From Candidatus Pacebacteria bacterium GW2011_GWA1_46_10 (GTDB lineage Bacteria > Patescibacteriota > Microgenomatia > UBA1400 > PJMF01), in assembly GCA_001002135.1 (NCBI GenBank), contig LCLP01000001.1:294274-358273 (forward strand): a DNA stretch of 64,000 nucleotides. The letters are read 5' to 3'. The position numbers were made by a program, and so were the translations under genes. Below, piece by piece: positions 28,711 through 38,807 of this stretch; the stretch's first letter is position 1; every line of letters starts with the position of its first letter. The notes under the pieces are model-generated. The model saw only the letters and a list, made by a program, of their open reading frames with translations, was not told where the DNA came from and made no database searches.

Positions 28711-30044
28711 GAGTCAGAAAGGACTTGTCGAGTATGTCGAACCAACATCAGCATGCGGTGGCCCAATTGCGACGGGTAGCCAAGTTACTTCGGCAGGATT
28801 ACGCCGGCCGCGAGCAACAGTTTGACGCAGCCATTAAAAGACTGGAAAAACCAGACGTAGTTCATGAAACGATGTTGTCAGTCAAACTGGCTGACGGTTC
28901 AACCAAAAAATTTAAAGCTTTTCGCTCTCAGCACAACAACGCTCGCGGTCCTTACAAAGGTGGTATCCGTTACCACCAGTATGTCACCAAAGAAGAGGTG
29001 ATGGCCCTCTCGACGTGGATGACCTGGAAATGTGCCGTGACCGGTATTCCGTATGGTGGTAGCAAGGGCGGCATTGTGGTTAACCCCAAGGAGTTATCTC
29101 AAGTAGAACTGGAAAGATTGAGCCGCGCTTACGCGCGATTTTTAAGCGATAAAATTGGTCCTTGGCTGGATGTACCAGCGCCGGATGTCAATACCACTGG
29201 GCAAATCATGGCCTGGATGGTTGATGAATACCAACAAGCAGTTGCCAAGAAAGGCCTGGTACAAGAAAACCCACTAGGTGCTTTTACCGGTAAGCCTTTG
29301 GAACTAGGTGGTTCGCAAGGTCGTGATGAAGCCACTGGCCTTGGTGGGGTGTTGGTGTTGGAAAAATTGGCGGAGAAACTGGGGTGGCAACGCAAAAAGG
29401 ATGTCACTATTGCCATCCAAGGCTTTGGCAACGTGGGGTATTGGTTTGCCAAGCACGCTGACGCCAGAGGGTATCGGGTGGTGGCGGTGTCTGACTCCAA
29501 AGGCGGAGTGTATGTGCCGGAAGGCTTGAATCCGGAGAAAACCCTGGAGTGTAAGCGTGACACTGGTCGGGTCAGCGAGTGCCGGTGCACGGATGAGAAA
29601 TGTGATATTGAGAACGGTGAAGAACTGACCAACGAACAGCTCTTAGAGCTTGAGGTAGATGTGTTGGTGCCGGCCGCCCTCGAAGACGTCATTCATCAAG
29701 ACAATGCCGCCAAGATTAAGGCCAAGGTAGTGATCGAGATGGCCAATGGCCCGGTCACACCGGAAGCCGATGAAATCCTGGCTAAAAACAAGGTTTTATT
29801 AATCCCTGATATCTTGGCCAACTCCGGCGGGGTGACGGTGTCGTACTTTGAGTGGGTTCAGAACCTGCAAGGGTACTATTGGTCTCACGCAGAGGTGATT
29901 GATAAACTGAAACCGCTGATGGAGGATGCCTTTGCCCAGTTGTGGGCCATCAAGGAAAAACATCAGGTCGACGGTCGAATGGCCGCTTACCTGACCGCGG
30001 TGCGGCGAGTAGTAGACACGATGCTCTTGCGTGGGGGGTTATAA
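28707..30044 (+). CDS. gdhA: Glutamate dehydrogenase
   Basis: KGGIRYH catalytic Lys region and GFGNVG Rossmann motif. Four-Cys cluster (CKRDTGRVSECRCTDEKCD) in the C-terminal domain. Confidence 0.9.
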   Translation: MRVRKDLSSMSNQHQHAVAQLRRVAKLLRQDYAGREQQFDAAIKRLEKPDVVHETMLSVKLADGSTKKFKAFRSQHNNARGPYKGGIRYHQYVTKEEVMALSTWMTWKCAVTGIPYGGSKGGIVVNPKELSQVELERLSRAYARFLSDKIGPWLDVPAPDVNTTGQIMAWMVDEYQQAVAKKGLVQENPLGAFTGKPLELGGSQGRDEATGLGGVLVLEKLAEKLGWQRKKDVTIAIQGFGNVGYWFAKHADARGYRVVAVSDSKGGVYVPEGLNPEKTLECKRDTGRVSECRCTDEKCDIENGEELTNEQLLELEVDVLVPAALEDVIHQDNAAKIKAKVVIEMANGPVTPEADEILAKNKVLLIPDILANSGGVTVSYFEWVQNLQGYYWSHAEVIDKLKPLMEDAFAQLWAIKEKHQVDGRMAAYLTAVRRVVDTMLLRGGL

Positions 30045-30920
30045 TCCCAGTGTTTTTAAGAAAGTTTGTAATTCCTCTTTTAACGCTGGATTGTCTTGAG
30101 CCATCACGAGATTAGCTTTCAACCAACCAAGGGGATAGCCGCAGTCGAGGTATACCCCTTTAGGGGTATAGACCACCACATTGTTGGTTTGCGCCAGGGT
30201 AGTGACGGTATCGGTGATGTAGAATTCGCCTGATTGTGGGTTGGGTTGTTGCTGGTCAATAATGTCGAAAACTGCTGGGGTGAGGATATATTTACTGATA
30301 TTGGCCAAATTACTAGGGGCGGTGCCGGGAGCGGGTTTTTCCACCAGCTTTTTTAAGTATTTAACGCTGTTTTTCTCGATGGTGTCGGCGACTCCATACA
30401 CATACAGCTGCTCGGTTGGCTGTTCACTGAAAGTAGCCAGACTATCAGCACCGGTTTGCTCCAAGTACTGGATCATGTTGGCTACTTCTGACGAGCCGTC
30501 GGCGTTATACGGAATGTCATCACCCATCAGGACCACAAAGGCCTCTTCATCTTTGAGATATTCCTTGGCCAGCTTGACAGGCACGGCCGTGCCGTAGGGG
30601 TCCTGGTCACGTTGTTTGACGAAGTGGAAGGTCGCTTTGTTTGGGATGTCTTTGATTTGACTGTAAGCTTCGGCTTTTTTCAGCTGTTGTAGGTATTTTT
30701 CCAACCGGTGGTTTTCTTGGTAATAGTGGATTGCTTGTCCGCTATGTTCATTGACCACCAAAATGATCTCCTGGATGCCGGCTTTCACTAGATCGTCAAC
30801 TAAATAATCGACGACCGGCCGGTTGATAACCGGAATCATCTCTTTTTGGATGGTTTTAGTCACAGGCAGGAACCGAGTACCAAATCCTGCCAGGGCGATG
30901 ACGGCTTTACGAATCTTCAT
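30039..30920 (-). CDS. galU: UTP--glucose-1-phosphate uridylyltransferase
   Basis: KAVIALAGFGTRFLPVTK...EMIPV signature. Start taken at MKIRK. Confidence 0.85.
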   Translation of the reverse strand: MKIRKAVIALAGFGTRFLPVTKTIQKEMIPVINRPVVDYLVDDLVKAGIQEIILVVNEHSGQAIHYYQENHRLEKYLQQLKKAEAYSQIKDIPNKATFHFVKQRDQDPYGTAVPVKLAKEYLKDEEAFVVLMGDDIPYNADGSSEVANMIQYLEQTGADSLATFSEQPTEQLYVYGVADTIEKNSVKYLKKLVEKPAPGTAPSNLANISKYILTPAVFDIIDQQQPNPQSGEFYITDTVTTLAQTNNVVVYTPKGVYLDCGYPLGWLKANLVMAQDNPALKEELQTFLKTLGL

Positions 30921-30978
30921 GGGTTTGCCTTTATAGAACAGAATTGTAGGGAAAGCGGTTGCCACTGTCCAGTCAAAT

Positions 30979-31929
30979 TCAGGCGTACAACACGATGAAA
31001 GCCGTCAAGCCAAACAGAAAGACGCTAATCAGGAGCATCTTGTCATTGAGCAGTACTTTTTCCGGTGACTCCCCCTTGTTTTCTTCGTAAACCAGCTGCA
31101 GGTAGCGCATGACGCCAAAGATAACAAACGGCAAAGTGAGCATCAGCAGTTTTTGAGATTGCAGGGTGCGTGGAAGGATGAGGTAAAGAGTGGGAAAACG
31201 TTCCACGGCGATACCTGCTTGAGAAGTTTCGTGCTGGAAAGAGAACAGCGCGTAGGTTAACCAAGTGGCATTGGCAAACATGCCGGTGTACTGGTCCAGC
31301 AGTCGCTGTGAGTAGTGACGTAGTGCTTTGCGCGAGAAGTCCAAGTGATGATCACGCAGCAGGGTTCGCTCACTTTGCCGTTTGCCGACCGCCAGAAACA
31401 GTGAGGCCGAGACCACCGTCAGTAAAAACCAGACACTCATGTGTAGTTCGACAATCACTGCCCCAGCATAAATTCTGATCAAAAAGCCTAAAGCAATCGA
31501 GACCACGTCAAAAATAGCGATGTGTTTGATGCGAGTAGCATAGAGCATTTGGAGTACAAAATAGGTGAACAACAGCAATCGGAAAAAGACAGGCAAAGTT
31601 AACGACAAGAAAAAAACCAGCGCTAAGCCGAGCAGGGCCACGGTCAGAGCTAATGGCACTGGCAGTTGCCCGGAAGCGATGGGACGATGCTTTTTAAATG
31701 GGTGTTGGCGGTCTTCCTTGACATCAATCAGGTCGTTAATGAGGTAAATACTAGAGGTGAGTACTGAGAAGAGCAAGACCGCGTAGGTAACGATCCAAAA
31801 GTAAGCCGGTCCATCAAGGGGCTTAAAAAAAAGAAAGCCGGAAAAGAACAACGGGGCGTAGAGGGCAAGGTTTTTAATCCATTGCCGAGGCCGAGCAGAC
31901 TTGAGAATTAGATAGACAAAACGCCACAC
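30979..31929 (-). CDS. UbiA-family polyprenyl-phosphate transferase (decaprenyl-phosphate phosphoribosyltransferase-like)
   Basis: NDLIDVKEDRQHP (NDxxDxxxD) motif. About 9 TM helices. Confidence 0.75.
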   Translation of the reverse strand: MWRFVYLILKSARPRQWIKNLALYAPLFFSGFLFFKPLDGPAYFWIVTYAVLLFSVLTSSIYLINDLIDVKEDRQHPFKKHRPIASGQLPVPLALTVALLGLALVFFLSLTLPVFFRLLLFTYFVLQMLYATRIKHIAIFDVVSIALGFLIRIYAGAVIVELHMSVWFLLTVVSASLFLAVGKRQSERTLLRDHHLDFSRKALRHYSQRLLDQYTGMFANATWLTYALFSFQHETSQAGIAVERFPTLYLILPRTLQSQKLLMLTLPFVIFGVMRYLQLVYEENKGESPEKVLLNDKMLLISVFLFGLTAFIVLYA

Positions 31930-31976
31930 ATTACCTTGATTTGTAAAGCAAAATTACTCTTCAAGCAAGAGCGAGT

Positions 31977-33035
31977 TTAGGGGCGCTTTTGCGAGCGCCA
32001 CTTGGCCCAGATCAAAAAGCTAAAGACAAAACCGACAGTAACGGTGAGGGTGATAATTTTGCCGATCGTGTTTAGGTACAGTGAGATCAGGCCCAACAAT
32101 AAGCTCGCCAACCAATAAAATACCGCGATGCGGCGCTTCCCCCAACCGAATAGATCCATCAACTTGTGATGCAGGTGTCCACGGTCTCCCCACAATGGCG
32201 ATTTGCCAGCCAAAATTCGCCGGGTGATAGTAAAAATACCATCAGCGGTAGGAATAGCCACCACCATCAGGGTAGCGGCCACTTTGGCGCCAGATAAAAT
32301 AGCCAGCACACTGAGAAAGAAACCGGCCAATGACCCGCCGCCGTACCCAGGCATCATTTTCTGGGGGTACCAGTTCCAAATTAATAAACCAAGGTAAGCG
32401 CCAGCGACAATAAAACTTAGGTGAGAGGTGTTAAAAGTGGTCGGGTCATCTTGGAATCGTAAGGAAAGCAAGCCGATGAAAACTGCCGCGATACTGACAA
32501 AGCCGGGCAGTTGCCCGTCCACTCCCTTTGACCAATTGAGAACATTCATGTTCCAGAGGATGAAAAGCACGGCCAGCAGACTGGAAAGGGCGATGGATAT
32601 CGTTTGTCCATTGAAAACCACTTGCCACAGCGGCGCAGCCAAATGAATCACTCCCGGTCCAAAAGGATTGCTGACATAGGCCACACTGATCCCAGTGCCT
32701 ACCACCAGTAAACTAGCAGTCAAACCGGTGAGTAAGCGAATCACCGGGTGAAGATCAAAAATATCATCCAGGGTGCCAACGAAAGTTAACAAACCCGCTC
32801 CAAGTAAAATTGCTTTGAGATACATATCAATGTCCAGAAAGAACAAACTGCCGATCAAAATGCCGGTAAACACCACCAAGCCGCCGCCGCGCGGCACGGG
32901 TTGAGAATGGGTTTTTTTGGCGTGAGGGACTTTTTGGGGATCATCCAGCCAGCGGTTTTTTTTATACCAAGCGATGACCAGTGGTGCCATGAGGGCTGAA
33001 ATAAGGCCGCTAATAAGGAGAACAATGATGCTCAT
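31977..33035 (-). CDS. Glycosyltransferase family 4, WecA/MraY-like polyprenyl-phosphate sugar-1-phosphate transferase
   Basis: Polytopic. DD pair (LDDIFDL) and NMNVLNWSKGVDGQ motif. Start taken at MSIIV. Confidence 0.8.
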   Translation of the reverse strand: MSIIVLLISGLISALMAPLVIAWYKKNRWLDDPQKVPHAKKTHSQPVPRGGGLVVFTGILIGSLFFLDIDMYLKAILLGAGLLTFVGTLDDIFDLHPVIRLLTGLTASLLVVGTGISVAYVSNPFGPGVIHLAAPLWQVVFNGQTISIALSSLLAVLFILWNMNVLNWSKGVDGQLPGFVSIAAVFIGLLSLRFQDDPTTFNTSHLSFIVAGAYLGLLIWNWYPQKMMPGYGGGSLAGFFLSVLAILSGAKVAATLMVVAIPTADGIFTITRRILAGKSPLWGDRGHLHHKLMDLFGWGKRRIAVFYWLASLLLGLISLYLNTIGKIITLTVTVGFVFSFLIWAKWRSQKRP

Positions 33036-33403
33036 GTGACAGCCAAGATCAGTCTGATAAAAAGCAAGCTGGTGATACCGACAATCCCTACCGTGGTCCA
33101 ACACCAAATACGTTCAATACTGCCTTCTAGATTTTTCATGGTTTTAAGTAAAGTAAAATGCACCATCGTGACCAGCCAGCTGAAAGCAGGAAACAAAAAA
33201 ATCCACCATTTATTGACCAGTTGCTGATTGGACTGAGTGAGCGTGTAAAAAAGAGGAATCACCGGTTGGAGAAATGAATACAACACCCCGGCAGCAGCCG
33301 TCATGAGCAGTGACAACAGCACTGCCCATTTCAAGGTTTTTTGCGAGTATGATGACGCGCGGGGCACGAGCGCGGGTGAGGAAGTTGTTGAGGGGATTTC
33401 CAT
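33032..33403 (-). CDS. small polytopic membrane protein, hypothetical
   Basis: Three to four TM segments. ATGA overlap with the downstream GT4 gene. Confidence 0.4.
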   Translation of the reverse strand: MEIPSTTSSPALVPRASSYSQKTLKWAVLLSLLMTAAAGVLYSFLQPVIPLFYTLTQSNQQLVNKWWIFLFPAFSWLVTMVHFTLLKTMKNLEGSIERIWCWTTVGIVGITSLLFIRLILAVT

Positions 33404-33411
33404 GACAGCTA

Positions 33412-35031
33412 TTATAGCGCTTGCTCGTTTTCCCGCAGGAGATAGAGTGTCATACTCGGGTATTGAGTGTTGGCATAATAAAGAGCGTCAAGGTATTGAC
33501 TCAGTCCAATGAGTTCTTCAGTTTCATTATTCATCACCACGATGATTTTTGGTTTTTCCGCTCTAATTTGCTCCATGGTTCGTTGGTAATCGTTAAAAGA
33601 CTTAATGTGGAATGAGACAGTGAAGCGAGAAGTGGGGGTAGTCTGGGTTAAGGCGTAGAGCATGGGATTAGTGCCCCAGATGAAAATTCGCTGGCCGTTT
33701 AAACCATAAATCAGGTCGGCCGCCTCATAGTTGTCTTTAACCAGGCCGTCAAATGATTGATCATAGGTTGACTGACTGATTTGACCACTCAGCAAACGGT
33801 AAAACTGGCCGTAATATTGGCTGGTGGAGTACGGCCTGACGTTGAGGAGGCCGGTGATCGTAAAAGGGAGCAAGAGCAATAGGCCACCAATAACCGCCAT
33901 GGTTTTACGCTTAGGGGAGTACTTAATTGCCAAACCAAACTCAACCAGTAAGAGGGAAAAAGCTGGTACGGCTTGAATCAAGTAGTGGGGGTAAGGACGG
34001 TTGGATAAAAGTGCGGCAAACAAGCTGAGCACCAACCAACTGGCGGCAAACTGAAAACGCGGGGTGAATTTCTTAGTGAAGCTTAAGAGGCCAAGTATTG
34101 CGCCAAGCGAGATGATTTTACCGGGTAGTGTGAACAAAAATTGTAATGCAGGATTGGTGAAATCGAGCTGCCAGTCGCTGCTGTAGCGCACGTTATAGAG
34201 CAAACCAAAGTCTAGGTAATCTCGCCCAGAGCCGACACTGACGAAGTAGGCGATCGACAGCCCGATTGGGATCAGCGCGCCCAGCAGCAACCAGCCTGAT
34301 TGGGCCAGGAATTGCAGCAAGCTTTTTAAGCGCACTGACCAAGCGGTTTTTTTAGCCGTCAGTTTGGCAATAAACACAAACCAGCCAATCATTAAGGCGG
34401 CACCAAGGTCGAGAAGAGCCGGCACTTTTGTGAGGATGCCAAGGCCAAAAAATACTCCTGAACCGGTGAGTAGCCACCACTGACGATTAAGTTTTTTGAG
34501 TGGGAGTTTAGTTGAGTAAAAAAAGCGTTGCCAGCCAGCAGTCTTGCTCAGTAACCAGAATCCTGCCATCACAAAACCGAGGACAAAGAGTTCGCCGTTG
34601 GGGATGTTTCCTTCCAACCAGGGCAGAGTGGTGAGTAGGACAAAAATCAGCGTGCTGATAAAAGCGATCCGTGTTTTAACAAAAAGTTTTTTGGCCAGTG
34701 AAAAAAACAAGGCGGTGGTCACCATCATCCAGCCAAGATTGAGCAGTCGAAAGTAAAACTGGTTGGGCACCATGGCCAAGTAATAAATGAGTGGGGTTTT
34801 GTGGTCGATGATGTCGGTGTAGAGCCGCAAGCCTTGTTTCAAACCATTGCCGACGGTGAGGTAAATGGCTTCATCGCCATACCAATAAGGTTCAAAAAAA
34901 TTAGGGATTCTTAGGAGAACGACGGTCAAAAGCAAAATTAGTAACTCGAGATATTCTTCGCACTTGCGGTCAATTTGCTTCAAGAGTTTTAACACCCTCT
35001 TAGTGTACACGCATTGATAGATCGACCTCAA
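33412..35031 (-). CDS. GT-C fold membrane glycosyltransferase (ArnT/PMT_2-like)
   Basis: About 12 TM helices with an N-terminal loop carrying YGDE...D motifs typical of polyprenyl-P-sugar-dependent GT-C enzymes. Confidence 0.7.
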   Translation of the reverse strand: MRSIYQCVYTKRVLKLLKQIDRKCEEYLELLILLLTVVLLRIPNFFEPYWYGDEAIYLTVGNGLKQGLRLYTDIIDHKTPLIYYLAMVPNQFYFRLLNLGWMMVTTALFFSLAKKLFVKTRIAFISTLIFVLLTTLPWLEGNIPNGELFVLGFVMAGFWLLSKTAGWQRFFYSTKLPLKKLNRQWWLLTGSGVFFGLGILTKVPALLDLGAALMIGWFVFIAKLTAKKTAWSVRLKSLLQFLAQSGWLLLGALIPIGLSIAYFVSVGSGRDYLDFGLLYNVRYSSDWQLDFTNPALQFLFTLPGKIISLGAILGLLSFTKKFTPRFQFAASWLVLSLFAALLSNRPYPHYLIQAVPAFSLLLVEFGLAIKYSPKRKTMAVIGGLLLLLPFTITGLLNVRPYSTSQYYGQFYRLLSGQISQSTYDQSFDGLVKDNYEAADLIYGLNGQRIFIWGTNPMLYALTQTTPTSRFTVSFHIKSFNDYQRTMEQIRAEKPKIIVVMNNETEELIGLSQYLDALYYANTQYPSMTLYLLRENEQAL

Positions 35032-35043
35032 GATGAAGAAAAC

Positions 35044-36537
35044 CTACACTTTTTCGGTCACCTTATATTCGATGTACTTACCCAACATCAATCGGGTGTG
35101 GGCGTCGATGCCAGGCAGGGCGGAGAAAAAGAAACCAACCACTGGCAACAACACAAACTCCAGTGGTTGTAGGAGATATGACAAAAGACTGCGTTTGCGA
35201 GGATGTGGCGGTCGGTTGATGGCATCCAGTGTGAACATCACGATAAAAGAGATGAGCGCGATGGTCAGCAGAGTGGAGGTCACTTGCGGCAAAGTTTTCC
35301 CTAAAATGGTGCGGCTGAATTGCTCATTCAACAGCGGCGGCAGGATGGCTGAGACGGTGATGGCAAACCAGTTAACCGGCCACAGGAAGTGATCTTCCAC
35401 CACTTTCATTACTCGAATGAGCCTGGCCCAGAATGGGGCGTCGCTTAACACAAATTGGCGGATGATGTACGCATCATCACTGACCCCCCAGGCCCAGCGC
35501 TTGAGTTGTTCGTATTGGTTGCGCATGGTGCTCCAAAAACCATGCGACTGGGCCGCATCAGCGTAGACCGGCAAGTAAATCGGGTTGACTTGAAAGTCGC
35601 CTTTTTTGGCAAAGTAAGATTTAAAGAATAACCGATAATCTTCTGGGATGACGTCAGTGTCCCAATAGCCGATTTCAACAACGTGTTTGAGGGAGGTGGA
35701 GTAACTGGAAAAATTAATCAACCGGTCGCGGCGCATCAGAATGTACATCTGAGTGACGGAAAAAATCGAGGCCAGCACCCGGATTGGTGAGGGCACTTCC
35801 CAGATATTATTGTAGAAAGCGATTCCACCCTGCCAGATTTTGTTGTAAGGTTTCTGGACGGTCAGAAACTCGTAGGTTAAGTTGGCAAAGTAATGGTGGT
35901 GAAAGCGGGCGTCGGCGTCTTCGCTGGTGATGGTTACGTTTTTAATTGGCACCCGCAGTTTGTCCACCAGCAGTTTTTTGGCGTGCTTGGCACCCCAGGA
36001 AGTGTTGGCTGACTTGCCTTTTACTTCACCCTCGATGTCTGGGTGAAAGGTGGACCACAGGTGGCCGAAAGTCTGGCCGAACTGCTGGGTGAGTTTGCGA
36101 GATTTCTCTCGTGCTGTTTTACCCTCTCGTTTTTCAAATGACAGCATAATATGCAGATTTTTGGTTGGATATGATTGTTTGGCCAAGGCCTTGAGTGTGC
36201 GCTGAAGAGTAGTCAATGGTTCTTGATAAGTGGGGATGACGACAATGTGATGAATTTTGTTCCATTTACTCGGGAAGTTACTTTTGAGATCGGCGATCCA
36301 ATCAAACTGTTTGGAGGCTCTGATCTTAAAATGAGCGGCGATTGAAAGGGCTGCCACAACCAGTGAACGATACAGCCAGTAAACGGAGAAAGTGATGACG
36401 TAATAGGCCACCAGGTTGGGAACAATAAATGAACCCCAGACGGGAAACAGAATCAGCGACCAGGAAAAAACACCTGGCAAGATCTCGAGGGCTCGTTGAG
36501 TACGCACCGGATGGCGCCGGAAGTAACGACGGATCAT
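35044..36537 (-). CDS. Glycosyltransferase family 2, processive membrane synthase-like
   Basis: VVIPTYQE, the DAD motif (SEDADARF), QLKRW (QxxRW), and flanking TM helices. Confidence 0.8.
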   Translation of the reverse strand: MIRRYFRRHPVRTQRALEILPGVFSWSLILFPVWGSFIVPNLVAYYVITFSVYWLYRSLVVAALSIAAHFKIRASKQFDWIADLKSNFPSKWNKIHHIVVIPTYQEPLTTLQRTLKALAKQSYPTKNLHIMLSFEKREGKTAREKSRKLTQQFGQTFGHLWSTFHPDIEGEVKGKSANTSWGAKHAKKLLVDKLRVPIKNVTITSEDADARFHHHYFANLTYEFLTVQKPYNKIWQGGIAFYNNIWEVPSPIRVLASIFSVTQMYILMRRDRLINFSSYSTSLKHVVEIGYWDTDVIPEDYRLFFKSYFAKKGDFQVNPIYLPVYADAAQSHGFWSTMRNQYEQLKRWAWGVSDDAYIIRQFVLSDAPFWARLIRVMKVVEDHFLWPVNWFAITVSAILPPLLNEQFSRTILGKTLPQVTSTLLTIALISFIVMFTLDAINRPPHPRKRSLLSYLLQPLEFVLLPVVGFFFSALPGIDAHTRLMLGKYIEYKVTEKV

Positions 36538-36565
36538 GGTGGCGGTATTATACCTTTCCAGAGGT

Positions 36566-37372
36566 TTATTTGGTGAAAGAGTGGTTAAAGAACCGTTGGG
36601 TGTTTTCCAAGATTTGGTTGAGGTCAAGCTCAAGTTCTTTTTCGACATACTTGGCAGTTTCTACAATCATCCACGGTTCACAGGTTTGGCCGCGGTAGGT
36701 TTGTGGGGCCAGAAACGGGGCATCGGTCTCGATCAGTAGTCGGTCGGCAGGCACGCTTTTTATCAGGTCGCGAACTTCATTGGCATTGGGGTAGGTAATA
36801 TTGCCATCAAAACCAATGTAGCCGCCCATCACCAGTGCCTTTTGGATGTAATCTGCTGGTCCAGAGGCACAGTGCAAGACAAAGGGCTTGGTGCCCTGAT
36901 AGGCTTCTTCCAGAATGTCGAGGGTTTCCCAGTAGGCGTCATAGTCTTCCGCTTTATCTCGCACATGAAGAATGAGTGGCATATTATGCGTTTGGGCGAA
37001 CTGAAGGTGCCAGCGGAAAATCATTTTTTGTTGGTTAGTTTGTTGGTCAAAGTCGGTGCTGGCTCGATCCAAGCGATAGAAATCTAAGCCTGTTTCCCCA
37101 ACAGCGTGAAATTTTTTGGTGACCCAAGTTTTGGCGGCTTCATCAAGTTGGCTGGGTGTTATTTCGTGAGCATGGCTTGGGTGAATACCAACGCTGACCA
37201 GTAAATTTGGCTCTTTGGCATTGATAACAAAGGCTCGGTTGACCGTTTCGGTTTGCGTTCCGGCTATTACTCCACCGACTACGCCATGTTCTTTGGCTTT
37301 TTGCCAATACGTCTGCCAATCTTTGTACAAGGGCTCCATATTGTAGTGGCAGTGAGTGTCAACGATATGCAT
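36566..37372 (-). CDS. tatD: TatD-family metal-dependent deoxyribonuclease
   Basis: MHIVDTHCHY, GLHPSHAHE-like and ETDAPFLAP motifs. Confidence 0.9.
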   Translation of the reverse strand: MHIVDTHCHYNMEPLYKDWQTYWQKAKEHGVVGGVIAGTQTETVNRAFVINAKEPNLLVSVGIHPSHAHEITPSQLDEAAKTWVTKKFHAVGETGLDFYRLDRASTDFDQQTNQQKMIFRWHLQFAQTHNMPLILHVRDKAEDYDAYWETLDILEEAYQGTKPFVLHCASGPADYIQKALVMGGYIGFDGNITYPNANEVRDLIKSVPADRLLIETDAPFLAPQTYRGQTCEPWMIVETAKYVEKELELDLNQILENTQRFFNHSFTK

Positions 37373-37375
37373 AAA

Positions 37376-38800
37376 TTATTTTTCCAAACGGGGGAACAGT
37401 GGCTCGAGTGCTTTGATGGTTGGTCGACTAAAGTGGTTGATGATCAATTTGGCTGTTTCGGGCATGAAAGGTGAAAGGAGTTTGCCAAGCAAAAAAATTC
37501 TTTCCACTGCTTGGGTGATGACGACCAGTGCTCCTTGCGCATCGAGTTTCCACGGTTCTTTTTTCGCCAGATATTCATTAAGTTCCACGATTAGAGCTTG
37601 AATCAGTTTTAGCGCGGATAAAAGTTCAAACGAGTCCATCGCGGCTGAGTAATCGGCTGGCATCTCTGGTTGCTGCAAAGCGTTTTGGAACTTGAGTTGC
37701 TCGGCTAATTTAGCGACGCGAGAACAGAGATTGCCTAGGCCATTGGCTAGATCAGCTGTATAAGTAGTATCCAGTTTCTCCCACGTCACATCCATATCGG
37801 TGCCAAATGTACCAAGGTTCATCAGCAGGTAACGTGTGCCGTCAGCGCCATACCGCTCGACCATTTCGGTAGGGGAAATGACGTTCCCCAAGGACTTGCT
37901 CATCTTTTGGCCGGCCACACTGATAAAGCCGTTAATGAGAATTTGTTGGCTCGGCAGCAGACCGGCAGCCATCAGCATGGCCTGCCACATCGCTGACTGC
38001 TGACGCAAGTTATCTTTGCCAGCCACTTGCACGCCGGGCCAGTACTGGTGGAAGGCCACCTCGTTTTTTGGCCAGCCCAAGGTGGAAATATAGTTGATTA
38101 AGGCGTCAAACCAAACGTACATCACGTGCTCGGGGTCACCGGGTACCGCTACTCCCCATGGCATTTTCGTTTTGAGGCGAGAGATGCTGAAATCCTGCAA
38201 GCCCCCTTTCACAAAGGCGGTAATTTCTTTCATTTTGCTAGCTGGTTTGACGAAAGTGGGGTTTTTTTGGTAGTACTGCAGGAGTTTGGCTTGGAACTGG
38301 GAAAACTTGAAGAAATAATTTTCTTCTTCACGAATTTCCAAGTTTTGATTGGGGTGCAGTGGGCAGTGGCCATCAATCAGTTCTGACTCGGTTTTTCCCA
38401 GCTCACACCCAACACAATATTTCACGGTGTAGTTTTTTTTGTAAATGTAGCCGTGTTGATCACACAACTGCCAGAAATGTTGAGCGGCTTTTTTATGGTC
38501 CGCGTTGGTAGTGCGGATAAAGTGGGTATAGCTTAAATTCAGTAAGTTTTTGAGGTCCTCAAACTTGGCAGCATATTCATCCACGTAAGCTTGCGGATTT
38601 TGCTTGGCTTTTAGGGCTTCCTGATAAATTTTTTGGCCGTGTTCGTCAGTGCCGGTGTTAAAAACGACTTGTTTCCCGAGGATTTCTTTCTGGTAGCGGC
38701 AGATCACATCACCAGCCACGATTTCCAAGGCAAAACCGATATGAGGTTGCGCGTTGACATAAGGCAGAGTCGTGGTGAGATAAAAATGTTGGTCGTCCAC
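37376..38800 (-). CDS. metG: Methionyl-tRNA synthetase (short form)
   Basis: HIGH-type PHIGFALE, zinc knuckle CVGCELG...CPLH, KMSKS (KMSKSLGNV). Confidence 0.9.
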   Translation of the reverse strand: MDDQHFYLTTTLPYVNAQPHIGFALEIVAGDVICRYQKEILGKQVVFNTGTDEHGQKIYQEALKAKQNPQAYVDEYAAKFEDLKNLLNLSYTHFIRTTNADHKKAAQHFWQLCDQHGYIYKKNYTVKYCVGCELGKTESELIDGHCPLHPNQNLEIREEENYFFKFSQFQAKLLQYYQKNPTFVKPASKMKEITAFVKGGLQDFSISRLKTKMPWGVAVPGDPEHVMYVWFDALINYISTLGWPKNEVAFHQYWPGVQVAGKDNLRQQSAMWQAMLMAAGLLPSQQILINGFISVAGQKMSKSLGNVISPTEMVERYGADGTRYLLMNLGTFGTDMDVTWEKLDTTYTADLANGLGNLCSRVAKLAEQLKFQNALQQPEMPADYSAAMDSFELLSALKLIQALIVELNEYLAKKEPWKLDAQGALVVITQAVERIFLLGKLLSPFMPETAKLIINHFSRPTIKALEPLFPRLEK

Positions 38801-38807
38801 GAGTCTA

